Shown piece by piece: positions 13,401 through 27,844 of a stretch of DNA of 64,000 nucleotides (its first letter is position 1; each line of letters opens with the position of its first letter). A program made the translations under genes and the position numbers. The notes under the pieces were generated by a model, which saw nothing but the letters and a program-made list of their open reading frames with translations, had not been told where the DNA came from and ran no database searches. The stretch comes from Phoronis australis (lineage: Eukaryota; Animalia; Phoronida): the NCBI GenBank assembly GCA_002633005.1, contig NMRA01000260.1:137821-201820 (forward strand), read 5' to 3'.

Positions 13401-15898
13401 ACCTGCACTGTATTTGTAAGCGGTTTTACCGGATATGAACCCGGTTAATTGTTGTTTTCTACGTCCATAATAAGGTAATAGAGGAGTTGAGAAAACAACA
13501 ACCCGTGTTCTATGTTTGTCTGGTAAACAGTTGTTCGATAAAAACGGGTGGTAAAGAAATATATATGGGAGAGCTCTTTGTAGGTAAATAAACAAACCTT
13601 GCGGAAGTCAAAAGCCAGGGTATGAATGCAATCATTCCAGTCAAATAGCCCTACTTGTGAAGGCCTTTTTATCAAGTAAAGCTGCATTTTGCAGGTGTTT
13701 AGATGCCAACTTTTATTCTTAACCGAGGTGTTTTGGGATTAAAACAATACTACGCTTATGCGATCTTGAATTATTGCCGAGTGATCCGGCAATTCAAGTC
13801 TAACGCATTGCATAATTGCGCCAATTTTAATCCGCAATTTTAGGGTTGCCCAACCGCAATTAACCGTTAGAAACTACACTTTAACAAAAAATACTGCACA
13901 GGTAGGCAACGAGAGACTAAAGTTTCATTTGCTAATACATACTTATTCGTTTTGTCTCAAATGGCATCTATCTGACAACACCAAAATGGTGTTCAATGCG
14001 TTCTGATACCTTTTTAGCACAGAGGTACACTTATCTGACTGAGTAATACCAGTTTGTGGTTAAAATTTTATGGATGATTTTGGTTCTTACGAAGCGACTC
14101 GTAATTAAATATTGGTAGCCTAATTTACCGCATCGATACGCTGAGAGGTACTAGCGACACCGCGTTATGGTTTAACTGCTGACTTGTCTGCCGAACATTT
14201 CTACGAGCGCGACCATTACGCTGCTTCCTCAGTACGATGGGTGTGTTCATGGCGGTTGAGGAACTAGTTTAGGGTATGGTTCGACAGAAACCCAATCTAA
14301 ATCTATGAGGTGCACACGATGACTGCTGACCACAGAAAATGATTCGTCCAAGCAAACAAAATGAAAAAAGTGGATAAGAAACGTTTATATACAGATGACT
14401 TTAAAGAAAAAGTCAAGATCCTGCAATAAGTGTTTGTCTCGTCTGTTACGCAGCTACACGACAATTCATTCATATAATTTCGCCATGTTTACGTTTCCCT
14501 TGACACGTACATGTATTTGGCCATGCGCACCACGTTGAGAGTTAGCGAGGTTTGTGGTAACAAATGAATAATTCCCTTATCCGTCGAGAGTGTTGACAAC
14601 TCTTCAACTTTATGAAGAGTATCAACATCTTAGCAAATACCGCCGTGACAATATTATCGCAGTTTCGCAAGTGGCTGTAATAACAGAGGCGTAGCCAAAA
14701 TAGCTGAAGCGATTTTGTTAGCCAAATGTCTAAAAAAACAGTCGCTCTGCAGTTTTAGTGATGGGGATACGACAGGGAGTTATTTATGTGAAACAAGACT
14801 CTAATCATATGACAACTTCGTAATGAAATATGTCTCGACTAGTAATCTATAAGACATCTGAATTTTGGTCTTATCTGACCTCAAAAATAGTCCTAATTGA
14901 TGGTAAATACTCAATTGAATCTTTTGATAAGATGGGTTTCTGACAGGCGGTGACAAATGTAGACAAAATAAACACAGATCAATGATTTTCATAAAGTAAA
15001 TACTACTTACAGTTTCTCTCCCGGTTCCATTCATAAAGCGGAATTTATCGCAATTTAGTTCAGCCAAAATTTAAGCCCAGATAATGAGAAGTCAACGTAA
15101 CCGAATTAAATATGAAGTTTAAGTTTAACTGTGTTTTGGTGGTGCACCACCACCTAAAATGGCTGCCTTAGTGAGTGATAGCTATGGGTACTCGTTCAAA
15201 TTCAGGCCGCACCATATTTAATGATGTTCCGCCGAAATCACATCCAATTTTAAAAGAATAGTAAAATGAAGCAAACAGGGCTGACATTTATGAAATGTTT
15301 ATATTTTAGCGACATCTTTTGACTGAGGAAACTCATCCTTTGTTTTAAATTGGTGAATGAAACAAAAATGTACGATAATCTGGGTAATAAAACTACATTG
15401 TCATAACAACATCATTTTCAACACTCAGCTGCGAATGAGTGATAACCTGCATGTGATTAAATTCAAACGGTGATCATCCCTCTCTCTAAATGTTCTTTGT
15501 AACGACAAAAATAAAGTGTTGCAGCGGTAAGCAAATTTTCAAGACTGGTCATGTCTTTGTTGTCTTTTGCACGGATTTAGGGCGTGCACTTTGAGCGTGC
15601 TGACACGCAACTACAGAAATTTGTCAAAAACTAAACAATTTAAGATAATAGCTCCTGTCATCTTTGACTAATAACACTATCGCAGCCATGGGTGCACAGT
15701 ACACTCCTAGAGTTCTGCCCGCGGTCAAGCACACATTCCAGTTTTGTGTGTGCTCCGCCACCCTGTTCATTAAAAAGTGCCCCCATGTTGCCACTCATTT
15801 CAAATCCCCTCAAAAATGTAGTTTTTCTATCATATGAGCACATGCCCCCGATGCATGAAACACCGTACACGGATTATCAAGATTGAGAAGCATCTGCT

Positions 15899-16046
15899 CA
15901 TGGGCGGCGCAGCACTGAAAAAAAGTGGGGGGCTAAAGCTCCCTCACCCCCCGTGGTTCACCGCCTATAGACCATGTGTGGCGTAGCACTCAAAAAAAGT
16001 GGGGGCTATAGCCCCCCCCCNCAGCCCCCTATGGTGCACCGGCCAT
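15899..16046. mobile_element. Two tandem ~70-bp GC-rich MITE-like units
   Basis: CATGGGCGGCGCAGCACTGAAAAAAAGTGGGGGGCTAAAGC...CACCGCCTAT is followed by CATGTGTGGCGTAGCACTCAAAAAAAGTGGGGGCTATAGC...CACCGGCCAT. Each has weakly inverted ends; the second contains an assembly n at 16021. Confidence 0.5.
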
Positions 16047-17544
16047 TCTGTTTCGGGGGACACCGAGAGGACATGGCGGTGGAGGAACATCGAGACATCT
16101 GTCATCAGGAGCATAGTCTGAGAAACAGTGGGATGGTAAAATAAAGTAGATGGAGTATTCTAGATGAGCTTCTTTTGATTTAGACTTGGCGCTGCTATCA
16201 GTTTCATTTTTAGAATATTTTTCGATACCACTACGGCTCGCTGCTGGTGTAGAACAACGCATAGACGGAGACAGGATCCACCGATGACGCCACACAAAAA
16301 TTTAGATTTGTTTAATTTTTATTTCTTAATCAAAAATACACAAATTGAACAAGAAATTTTAAAGTATCATACCAAAATTGTTAGTAACCGAATTCAAGCA
16401 CTTATCACAATGGTGTGAAGGGCTTAAGGTAGAACAGGAAATGTCAGACAATTAATTTCGAGTGCGATTTCGAGGCTAAAGATTAGAGCCCTTGGCCCGA
16501 TTACATAGGCACGCAAAATGTGTTTCAATCACACCATAACAGAAAATGATTTCCACTCCAAACAGATCACTAGCCTCACCACCCGGAAACCGTCAAATTT
16601 GAAGGGATTCGCCAATCAGGAGGTTGCTAACAATTACGAGTGACTGCATAAATTGTTTTAACGGAAGTCCATTTTGAGAATCGGTCAATGGTGAATTCTT
16701 CTTTCTCACGCAGGACTGGTAGTCCAAGGCAGAAAGCGGTGCGAAAAACAAGGGTAACGAGGTTGATTTTGCAAGGTCTTCAAGTCAATTTGTTTTGCTA
16801 ATTTGCAACTGTTTTTTTGTCTTGTAACTGCTATAACTTTCAAGTAATTACACGAGTAAACCTCAGCAAGTGACTCACTACTCAAGTCGACGGTCTTTGC
16901 ACTCTGAGTTGAAAAAACAGTCTAGATTGATGCACCACCTAGTTAATTAGACTACTTGGAAAGAACAGCAACATTTCTCAGAACCCGTATAATGCAATGG
17001 ATGATCAGTCAAGTCATTCAGGAAACGTGCAAGGGTTGATGGTAGTTCAATCGAGACGACCCGCGTTGACCTACGAGTCGAGTTACTTACTTAAAACAGT
17101 ACAGGTATATTTTTGATCGGAACTGGAGAGGTCATCGTTCGCTGAATAGACGTTCATTTTTATGTCAAAACTGTAGAAAGGAGAATAATGAACTCTTTAA
17201 AAATTGTTTTGTATGAAAAATTGAATGAACCGGTAAACGAGTTGAACACCTTGTTGACTATCAAGATGACTGAAAATGTCGTAAAACCCCACTTAAAATG
17301 AAACCTCGTAAAAAACACTTAAAATCGCTTGTTGCAGTCGTGACCGCAAAAGTGTGGTCAAAGCATACTACAATTATCGACGGGTCATGTTTGTTTTGAT
17401 GCTTCGAGTTACGTGTTATTTCCATTGACAACTAGCTTCTTCGCTGAAGTACCTAAACGAAAAGTGTAACGGAGTAGCACTACTTAAATAAGAATACTTG
17501 CATACGTCAAGGACGGGAGAGATCACTTACCTATTTGTCTATGT

Positions 17545-17715
17545 GCATGAGGATGACTATGACGATGATTACACGAATGCCGATGATAATTTGATGGTAA
17601 ACATAATCGAGATGAAAATGACGGACGAGAACTTGGAAGTTGCAATGATGACGGCGAAAACTGTGACGGCTACGACGGCGGTGACGACGATTTTGATGAA
17701 TGATTATGATGATGA
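17545..17715. repeat. Degenerate (GAT/GAC)n low-complexity tract
   Basis: Runs of gatgac/gacgat/gatgat give spurious Asp/Met/Thr-rich ORFs. Confidence 0.7.
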
Positions 17716-20700
17716 AGAGAACTTTTTGCAAAATATGCACAATATAAATGTTTCATAATTTGGCTTCTCAATACTTGGCGAGCACTCTTATAAATATGAC
17801 GCATCACATTTACCAAACAACGTAAATACACCTGATTAGGCGAAGTCGAGAAACAACATACATGTAGTTGTCAGGTCACACAGTCAACTGTTGATAGAAG
17901 TGAGTGTTGTGGATAAGCAGAAATTTACCAAAAAAAAACTTACTTTGTTTCTGAGTTTTCAATGATTAGAGAAGTGGACGCTTGGTCAGCATAGGTCGCG
18001 TGTTTCCCCAGCGATGCTCTTTTCTCATTACCAAGATACTACTCTCGCTGAAACGGAAGATCACCACGACAACGCGCGTGATACCTTCGCGAGTCGGGCT
18101 GCGCGCTCTAAGGAACGAACTGTGGGAATGGAACTACTTTTCCCATAGTCGGTTTTGTGCGATATAATTAAGATAGTGCACGCCAGCATTGGCTTGCTTA
18201 GTAAATGCAGAATTCCCGGCTCTCACCAGAGAACGCCACTTGCATCACTGTGGAACTCACTTACTGAACCCACTTCTACTTTTAAAAAAGCTCTTATAAG
18301 AAATAACTTTTAATGTTACCACAGATAATGCGTATTCTTAAGAAAAATGCCGATCGTTTTTGAAGGTTGTAGTTTCATATTCATCCATTCCAGTCATTGT
18401 TCCATTGTGGCATTAGTCGTTTCTTATTGTACAGTACACGTGTATGTCTTTGGAAGGGAAGCAATCGAAATGTAAATAAAAAATGAATGTCAGCACGTAC
18501 ATGTACTTGGCGGCGAGAAGAAGAATGCTGTTTTCATGGCATCGTTTTGTCATAAAGAATTATGTCAGTGCTGACCTTTAACAACATTGGTTACGAAGCC
18601 ATTCGAAATTATTGACGTCAAAGAGCCTTTAGTCAATTTTATCGACCCGACTGAACTGTGGATGAATGAAACTGGGAGCCAGGGGTTTAATTAAATTTTT
18701 CTCTGTCTAGATACCCAAAAACGCTTCAAAACATTCCTTGTGTTACCAGGGTATGAATCGACCTGCACAACACTGTGGGCGATAATTCTTTTCATTAAAG
18801 TCGTTACAGCATTATTTGAAAGGTGCTAATGCCGAATATTAATCTCTCGAAATCACATTAGATTATACAGATCATCTCTCAACAAAAATCTACAATATTT
18901 TATCAAATTCTTATTGTCAAGACATGCCACGAATCGATTTGAACTTCTAATCGTTAAAGGTATAACTTCACATGTGGTCGCTCTTGTTTAGAAAGATCAC
19001 AAGTCACCAAGTGCTCAAGGCAGCGAAATTAATTTAGTTTCCCATGGACCGGATCCCACATGATCCACAACTTTCCAATACTGACATCTATTGGCAGTTA
19101 TGCTTTACTCGAGGCTCCTCTTGCGAACCAGCGCCACCTACTATGCTATGACTTCAGTCATAGAACTCTTGGAGTGGAATGCCAACGCCGATCATGCGCG
19201 GGTGAGGGAGTTTTGTTTGCATCAGTTTGTTCCGGTGTGTTTCTATGGAATGTAGGGCTTAGGGTGGAATTTTTGTTTAGCTAACGAAGTACCTTTGGAA
19301 CTGTTATCACTGAAAAACTTCTTCTGAACAAATTCCATTCATATTTTTTGGAATATTTTTCGTTCTAACAGACGATTGTGGGCTTGCGGTTTGAAGACCC
19401 TGGAAGCCGCCCGCGGGTTCTACTATTGCCTAACGGCGAAACGTAAAGTCATTCAATAACAATAATTTCGAAAGTTGACAATTTCCTTTAAATATATCGA
19501 CAGGATCAATACCATCTGAGCTTTTATACAATACCAAAATCATGTACCTATATTTTTAACTCTTGGCCAATTGGAACCAGCGCAACAGTGTTTACTGAGA
19601 CTAAATTTTTTCGCAACTCTGTCGTTTTTGAACCGAATTTCATGATAACAATATTATTAGAAACCCCTGCATGAGCTCATGATGGTGTAGTTTGCATCAG
19701 AAGAAAAAGATAAATAATTTAACTCATAAATAAACATTATTTTACATATCTAACAGGTTGAAAATATTTCCTAAAAATCAAGAGTGTTTCCAAGAATGCG
19801 AAAAATAACGAGTAATAATGAAACCCTTCATGTACTTAATTGGCTGATTAATTAAATAATAATTCAACTAATTAACTTGTAATCCCGGTTAATTTAGGAT
19901 GCAGTAGTAGCATAAAAAGGAAATGAACCAGAAAAGTAAACAGTACATAAATGACTAATTTTAAAAACCAACAGGAAACTATTTTCAATGATTTAAAAGA
20001 TTGTAACCGTATACAGACAAAGATTTTAGAATATGGATCCCTCTCGGCTGCTGTAAAGAATTTATTCAGCCATTCATCCAAAGGTATTTGGACCTTTGGT
20101 GGCGTTTGATACAACTGCACTCTTCGGTAAAAATTCAGGATGCGGTGACATTAACGCAAAGTGTGATAAACTAGTTACTCTAACTATGAGAAATTTGCAG
20201 ATAAGGGTTTTCCGTTAGGTAAAAACTGGACATTGGTTGGTGTACAAGACTTTATATAGAAATTTAGAAATAAAAATTAGTGATGATGTTTTGTGTGCCA
20301 CCGTTTACCAGAGACATTGGATCACATTTTTGCGATTGTTATGTTATTAAAGGAAGCGGACTCTGGAAAATAACAATATCAATAACAAAAGGATGATGTT
20401 TCTTGGAACAGCAAAGATCTACATAGTTGTCAACATTTGAGAATAAAAAATCGGAACAACTGGATTGAAAAGCAGGACATACGCCAAAACGCAGAAGTGA
20501 AATGTTCGCTGCAACACATAAAAACATTCCTGCAGCGTTTTTGTCGAACGGGAGATTACGGGTGCCAACGCTCAAAAGCGCACTACGGCATTTTTATTTA
20601 TTTTTTGTAGGATGTGAAATTGTAGGTGCCGCAAAAATCTAAGAACGTCCCGTTTTTCTTTTTAGTCGAACGGGAAAATAGGGCTATGTCGCGTGCAAAA

Positions 20701-21479
20701 TCACCTGGTATACGATAATGTGTCACCGTGTATCAAAAAATGGTACATTTTGAGAGTATTATGGGATAGCAGGACAAAATAATTCAAAAAGTGGGATAGT
20801 CCGTCAAGAGCGGAACAGTTGGCAAGTACGCTCTCGGTAACACAAAGTATTGGATTGAATTCTTTTACAAGGTAAACTTTTCATATTTTATTTTCTGTCA
20901 TGAGTATTGATAAATACTATAAAAAACAATACTGCTTAGAAATGGAACAGGGCAACTATTGAACATTGCGCGAATGAATTGTTAAAGAAACAATACGAAA
21001 CTCTAAAAATGTATACACGCACACTAAATGTTACTTTTGCTCCTATAGACTGAGAGGTTTCTAAGACTGGAGCTGAAAAGATAGCAGAGGCTAAATTATT
21101 CCTGGCATCCAGCCACGGCTACGCCACGGGTACATGTAGGTGGTGTAAAGAATTACCAAAGTGTAATTTACCGATTTGTTGAATAATTTTGCCTAGAAAT
21201 TGCTGGATTATCTGAACCATGCCTCTTATAGGGGTCTTGAGTGATGATTCCATTACGAACAAAAAATGAAAACTTAAAACGAAGCAATGAAATTAGGCTT
21301 GATTTTATAACTGCAGCACTCCATCAAAACTCAGTTGAGCGGACAACCGGAAATTCACAGTAGAAACTCTCGCGGCTAGTTCCGTGAATTCTCACAGTCG
21401 CAACCTCCAACATTAGGAATACATGTGTCACGCGCGGGAGTTGGCGTTCCATTCCTACAGTTCTATGTTTCAGTCGACC

Positions 21480-21680
21480 TCAGGAGTGCTTGCGATCTGT
21501 TGACGAGAGACATCTATTGGAAAGTTGGGTAATATTAGTTGACAATGAGCTTGTCCTGGTTTGAGGCTGGGAGGTACTCACTTTATGAGAATCGGCATGA
21601 TTAGGAGCGGCCTTCCGTTGGAAACTTAAATGAAGAAGTTTCTCTGTCGCAGAGTTTTTCTCCACAACAACACACTACTT
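21480..21680 (-). pseudogene. Possible decayed THAP-like remnant
   Basis: Frame reads K*CVVVEKNSATEKLLHLSFQRK..., reminiscent of THAP CVVxGCxNS...LSFxRFP. It has an in-frame stop and lacks conserved residues. Confidence 0.25.
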
Positions 21681-22136
21681 TGTAATGAATTTTAAACTCT
21701 GTAAAATACTTGGTTATGTAACAGAAATTGTCCAAAAAAAATTTTTATGTGTAGTATTTTCGCAAGAAACTTGCAATAAAATTTAAAACCTTTCTTTAGC
21801 GCTCTGTCGCAACAAATTGATTCTAAACCTTAAAGCGAAGCTTTTTCGTAGGGAGTTTAATTTGAAAAGAGACCCTTTCGAAGGCGAACTGGCCGTGGAG
21901 TCCCACCGACCAGAGCAACACATCCTGTGCGTTCCTCCTTTGAAAGAACCACCATGTTATCCCTGAATAATTTGACTATAAACGTAACTGAAACTTTGTA
22001 CATGCTTTTTGGATAGAGAAATTTCTCCTCCAAAAAACATCCTTGCTTCGGCCTCGTATTGACACGTTTGGTGGTACCCCGGTGATGTACCTGGAAGCAA
22101 AATCCGGAGTAACCTGGCCACAGGTATTGCGTAAGT

Positions 22137-25100
22137 CACTGGTACTACTGATGCAAATGCATGTTCGTGCATATGGTTTTAAAAATAAAACTTCGTTCCA
22201 CAAAGCAACAGAATGGAGACATCATTGTCCTGGACGCAGTCACTAGGAAACATATCGATGAAACAGAGCCTCGCTCAGAGCTGAATGTCCAGATAAAGTC
22301 TAATGTCCAGTTCAGACACATGTTTGCAGGCAATTGAACTGCTAATAAGATTTGACCAGAGCCCTTGCACTTTAACATCTTTTGATTTTCATGAAACATG
22401 TTGCTAAGACAATGATTGATATCCTTGTAAAAAACAACTTTAAGTTTAAACAATGGTAGCATCTTGAAGTACGGAACGGGCTCCCGGTAGTCACCAGGTG
22501 GCGTGACCAGCTCGTCGATTCACCAATAACTGCTCGTGAGAATCGACATTTAATAATTCTTCTGAGAACCGTTTTAAATTGAAATTGAAAGCCATAAAGT
22601 TTTCAAAGGTGTAGTATCTTTCTACATTTTGAATGTTGTCATTACATTATGTTCTCCCTAAAAACGACGTTGGTGTGGGCGAATGACTAATCACCGGGAC
22701 AGTTGCCTGGGAAACCCCTGTCCAGGAAAACTCTAAAATCTTGAGTAACGGAAGCTACAGACTTAGCCCAGTTAGGAAAATGAAATACGATCACTTGGCA
22801 ATGCTTTTGATGCCCGATATTTCAAGATGCTGTGCTAATTTTGTTTGAAAATTCCCGCGAGTGGAGATAACTCTGGCCAGAAATCAGTAAGATAATACGC
22901 TAGTGTTGTCTTACTAAGCAAATGGGCGAACGGGAGGTTGTTTCACTAGTTTCCCCACCTTCACCTTATTAACCACAGCTTTGGTTACCGCCGCAGTAGC
23001 TGAACATCCTGATTCACGAATGGCCTATTGCAGATGATACTCTGCAAATCCTAACCCCTTGGACCTAATCAAATCACGTGTGATAGTGCGTAAGAACTTG
23101 ACTAGACAGAAAAATTGCGTGTATCCTGCAAACGCTTTGACCGCTCAAAAATGGATTTTTAAACCTCAGGTGTAACCACTTATTTACAAAAATACTGAGG
23201 AGGAAATACGCAGCCTCATTTTTAACTGCTACTGTGATAGCGCCTCGGATGGTGTTCTTACTGCATCAGATAGCTAGTGTGTGAAAGTATGCAAAAAAGC
23301 CATGGATGTGTAAACAGCGTTGTTTGCCCTGTGTAACATTGTCTCTTTCTAGAGGGTTTCTTCGAGGATTAAAGGCACCTAAGAACGCTTCGGACACTGC
23401 AATGGTGGTCTCACTGGCAGTTGAAATTAGGTACTCGAGATAACGTATTCATAACTGGCTAAAAGCCCCTGTTGCCGATCGGCAAATCAACAATGTAAAT
23501 ATTGGCTGGCCCGCGAACGCTCAAGTGTCTCGAAGGCTTGTCAATAGGTGCTGATCTGAAAATGCACATTTCATAAATCCATTTGATTGGGTTGATCTTC
23601 TAAATAAGCGCCCTAGGTGTAAAACACTTAAAAAGTTGATTCCCGGTATTATGCGCTTCGTAAACAGAATTTCGAGTTAATGGACGCTCGGGTATTCAAG
23701 GAAGACCCTTAAAAGTATTGAAGACAAACACGTGCGACTTTAGGATTACTTTGCATTACCGTAATGAAATGATGATTATGTTCAGCAATAACCACCATTA
23801 AAACTTAATCAAAATGTGCCAGGATGATCGTATTAAATTCATCGGCGCACTTTGAACGTAGCAACAACTATAGCCCATCACCGATAGTTGGCTTAAGGAA
23901 ACGATATAAGTACGTTAAGACTAAATGGAAGTTTTAAGTAGATGACATTAAATTATTTTACATTCAATTTAACTGTATATATACTTATGATGTAACAAGT
24001 GACTTTCAGAAAGAGGTCAAGCAGTCGGCTTTATTTTCGGCTTTTGAAGGTAACATGTTGAATGCGCTGTGGAGAGTCCTCGTCTACGGGCGTCAGGAAT
24101 AAGTTATGAATAATCTTATCTGCTATTCGGCATGCATTCAGTCAAATATTTATAAAAACTATAGAATAAACCTAAGCACAAATACACATATTCTGTGAAA
24201 GTGAAAAGCGTGTAGACATCATTATGCCATTGGTTGACTGAGTCATAGAACTGAGGATTTTTCACAATAGCAAAAAGAAGGGTACATCCATGGCAAAACA
24301 ACAGTGTAAATAAAAATTTAGATATTATATCCAAATTTCTTTTGTTTGATTTTAACAGAGCTTTGGCAAGCGGTTTATAATTCATTAATGTAGTTTTTAC
24401 GACATGATGCTGTTCCCGAATCAAGACAAATTTTTAAATTTTCGTAAGCCTTTNCACTGGTACTTACTACTGACGCAAATGCATGTTCGTGCATAAGGTT
24501 TTAAAAATAAAACTTCGTTCCACAAAGCAACAGAACAAAGACATCATTGTCCTGGACGCAGTCACTAGGAAACATATCGATGAAACAGAGCCTCGTTTTT
24601 TTGTAATGTTTATTACGAAATCTTCAGAATACAATGAATATACATAACCCAGAAAGCGCCAAGAGGCATTAGATCCGGGTAAAAAAATACAAAGAAGTCT
24701 ATATACAATGATTATATACGAATACATAAATAAAAAACTAAGAGCCTCGCTCATAGCTGAATGTCCAGATAAAGTCTAATGTTCAGTCCAAACACATGTT
24801 TGCAGGCAATTGAACTACTAATAAGATTTGACTAGAGCCCTTGCACTTTAACATCTTTTGATTTTCATGATACATGTTGCTAAAACAATGATTGAAATAC
24901 TTGTAAAAAACAACTTTAAGTTTAAACAATGATAGCATCTTGAAGTACGGAACGGGCTCCCGGTAGTCACCAGGTGGCGTGACCAGCTCGTCGGTTCATC
25001 AATAACTTCTCGTGAAAATCGACATCTAATAATTCTTCTGATAACCGTTTTAAATTAAAATTGAAAGCCATAAACTTTTTTTAAAAGGTGTAGTATCTTT

Positions 25101-26932
25101 CTACATTTTGAGTGTTGTCATTACATTATGTTCTCCCTAAAAACGACGTTGGTGTGGGCGAGTGACTAATCACCGGGACAGTTGCCTGGGAAATCCCTGC
25201 CCAGGAAAACTAACATCTTGAGTAACGGAAGCTACAGACTTAGCCCAGTTGTGAAAATAAAATACGATCACTTGGCAATGCTTTTGATGCCCGATATTTC
25301 AAGATCCTGCGCTAATTTTGTTTGAAAATTTCGCGAGTGGATATAACTCTGGCCAGAAATCGGTAAGATAATAATACGCTAGTGTTGTCTTACTTAGCAA
25401 ATGGGCGAACGGGCGGTTGTTTCACTAGTTTCCCCACCTTCACCTTGTTAACTACAGCTTTGATTACTGCCGCAGTAGCTAAACATCCTGATTCCCGGGT
25501 GGCCTCTTGCAGATGATACTCTGCAAATACTAACCCCTTGGACGTAATCAAATCACGTGTGATAGTGCGCAAGAACTTGACTAGACAGAAAAATTGCGTG
25601 TGTCCTGCAAACGCTTTGACCGCTCAAAAATGGATTTTTAAACCTCAGGTGTAACCACTTATTTACCAAAATACTGAGGGGGAAACACGCAGCCTCATTT
25701 TTAACTGCTACTGTGATAGCGCCTCGGATGGTGTTCTTACTGCATCAGATTACTAGTGTGTGAAAGTATGCAAAAAAGCCATGCATGTGTAAACAACGTT
25801 GTTTGCCCTGTGTAACATTGTCTCTTTCTAGAGGGTTTCTTCGAGGATTAAAGGCACCTAAGAACGCTTCGGACACTGCAATGGTGGTCTCACTGGCAGT
25901 TGAAATTAGGTACTCGAGATAACGTATTCATAACTGGCTAAAAGCCCCTGTTGCCGATCGGCAAATCAACAATGTAAATATTGGCTGGCCCGCGAACGCT
26001 CAAGTGTCTCGAAGGCTTGTCAATAGGTGCTGATCTGAAAATGCACATTTCATAAATCCATTTGATTGGGTTGATCTTCTAAATAAGCGCCCTAGGTGTA
26101 AAACACTTAAAAAGTTGATTCCCGGTATTATGCGCTTCGTAAACAGAATTTCGAGTTAATGGACGCTCGGGTATTCAAGGAAGACCCTTAAAAGTATTGA
26201 AGACAAACACGTGCGACTTTAGGATTACTTTACATTACCGTAATGAAATGATGTTTATGTTCAGCAATAACCACCATTAAAACTTAATCAAAATGTGCCA
26301 GGATGATCGTATTAAATTCATCGGCGCACTTTGAACGTAGCAACAACTATAGCCCATCACCTATAGTTGGCTTAAGGAAACGATATAAGTACGTTATGAC
26401 TAAATGGAAGTTTTAAGTAGATGACATCAAATTATTTTACATTCAATTTAACTGTATATATACTTATGATGTAACAAGTGACTTTCAGAAAGAGGTCAAG
26501 CAGTCGGCTTTATTTTCGGCTTTTGAAGGTAACATGTTGAATGCGCTGTGGAGAGTCCTCGTCTACGGGCGTCAGGAATAAGTTATGAATAATCTTATCT
26601 GCTATTCGGCATGCATTCAGTCAAATATTTATAAAAACTATAGAATAAACCTAAGCACAACTACACATATTTTGTGAAAGTGAAAAGCGTGTAGACATCA
26701 TTATGCCACTGGTTGACTGAGTCATAGAACTGAGGATTTTTCACAATAGCAAAAAGAAGGGTACATCCATGGCAAAACAACAGTGTAAATAAAAATTTAG
26801 ATATTATATCCAAATTTCTTTTGTTTGATTTTAACAGAGTTTTGGCAAGCGGTTTATAATTCATTAATGTAGTTTTTACGACATGATGCTGTTCCCGAAT
26901 CAAGACAAATTTTTAAATTTTCGTAAGCCTTT
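22137..26932 (+). repeat. Direct duplication of ~2.3 kb (22137-24453 and 24455-26932) joined at an assembly n; probably two haplotypes
   Basis: Both copies start CACTGGTACT and end TTTTCGTAAGCCTTT. They are separated by a single n at 24454, are near-identical with scattered SNPs/indels, and give duplicated ORFs in the track (24116..24424 vs 26661..26903). Confidence 0.9.
24596..24740 (-). mobile_element. 145-bp 5'-truncated retroposed insertion with polyA tail and 9-bp TSD
   Basis: Present only in copy 2 of the duplication, flanked by AGAGCCTCG at 24587-24595 and 24741-24749 (a single AGAGCCTCG in copy 1 near 22265). The minus strand ends AATAAACATTACAAAAAAA. Confidence 0.8.
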
Positions 26933-27675
26933 AAAAAATGAAAATAACTGACTGGCTAATAACACCCTGATAACCTACTGAGATAATTTCTGTTTCTTTT
27001 TGTTTGCTTGTTTGTTCAATTGTTCACTGACACCCAACAGGTCGAATGTCCCATCAGATCATAATGAAATTTAAGTACAAATTTTGTCTGTCAAGAACTT
27101 GAAACCTAAAGGTACTATTAGGGACTGAAATCAAGCGACGGCCATCTTTTCGATATTAGAGTGCATTTTCTCAGGCGTCCTTTGGCGGATCATTCTGAAA
27201 CCTGGTGTGTTAATAGATCTTGTCAAGAGCTATATGGAGTGTATCACTCGTTTCTCGATACGACCTGCTATTCTCTAGTACTTCGAGATTTCCAGACATT
27301 TGCTCTTTTTATTGGCGTATCATTCGTCGCATTCTTGTCGATTGAACCAATATTGGTTCCTAGATTGAACCCTGTTAATGTCGTCTGTCCTTAATATCCA
27401 AGGACTCTTGCTTGGATTGGAATCGGACACAAGATGGCACTGTGGAGGCCACTTGTACATAAGCTTTTCGGAGCCACAACTTCGTTGTCTTTAACAAATA
27501 TGTCTGTGACGTGGACGGTGTAGGGTCGTTGTCAGTAGCGTTTTTGATGCCACTAATGTCACTTTAGGCACTGTATGGTTTCATGGGACTCAGCGTAAGT
27601 TACGTCGCATGCATTTATATGTCTTCATTGTCGATCCGTGTAAGCTGCAGTGTCTTCTGCGGTGTTAATGCAACT

Positions 27676-27844
27676 CAACGGCGGATTTAGAGGGGGACAA
27701 GGGGGCCATGCCCCCCCCCCTAAAATTTTCCCAAATTCCATTTGGCATTCCCGGAGTGCGAATGTCTGACGGGCAAAATCCTGGCTAATACTCTGCCCTG
27801 GCCCACCCCGCCCCCGCTAACACAAAATCCTGGATCCACCCCTG
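27676..27844. mobile_element. MITE with poly-C/poly-G core and 5-bp flanking direct repeat
   Basis: Degenerate TIR CAACGGCGGATTTAG ... CTGGATCCACCCCTG, with CAACT directly on both sides (27671-27675, 27845-27849). Confidence 0.6.

Noticed and set aside
24116-26903. Paralogous ORF pair MIREQHHVVKTT...
   Set aside because: The similarity comes only from the 2.3-kb duplication; non-ATG start and no recognisable domain.
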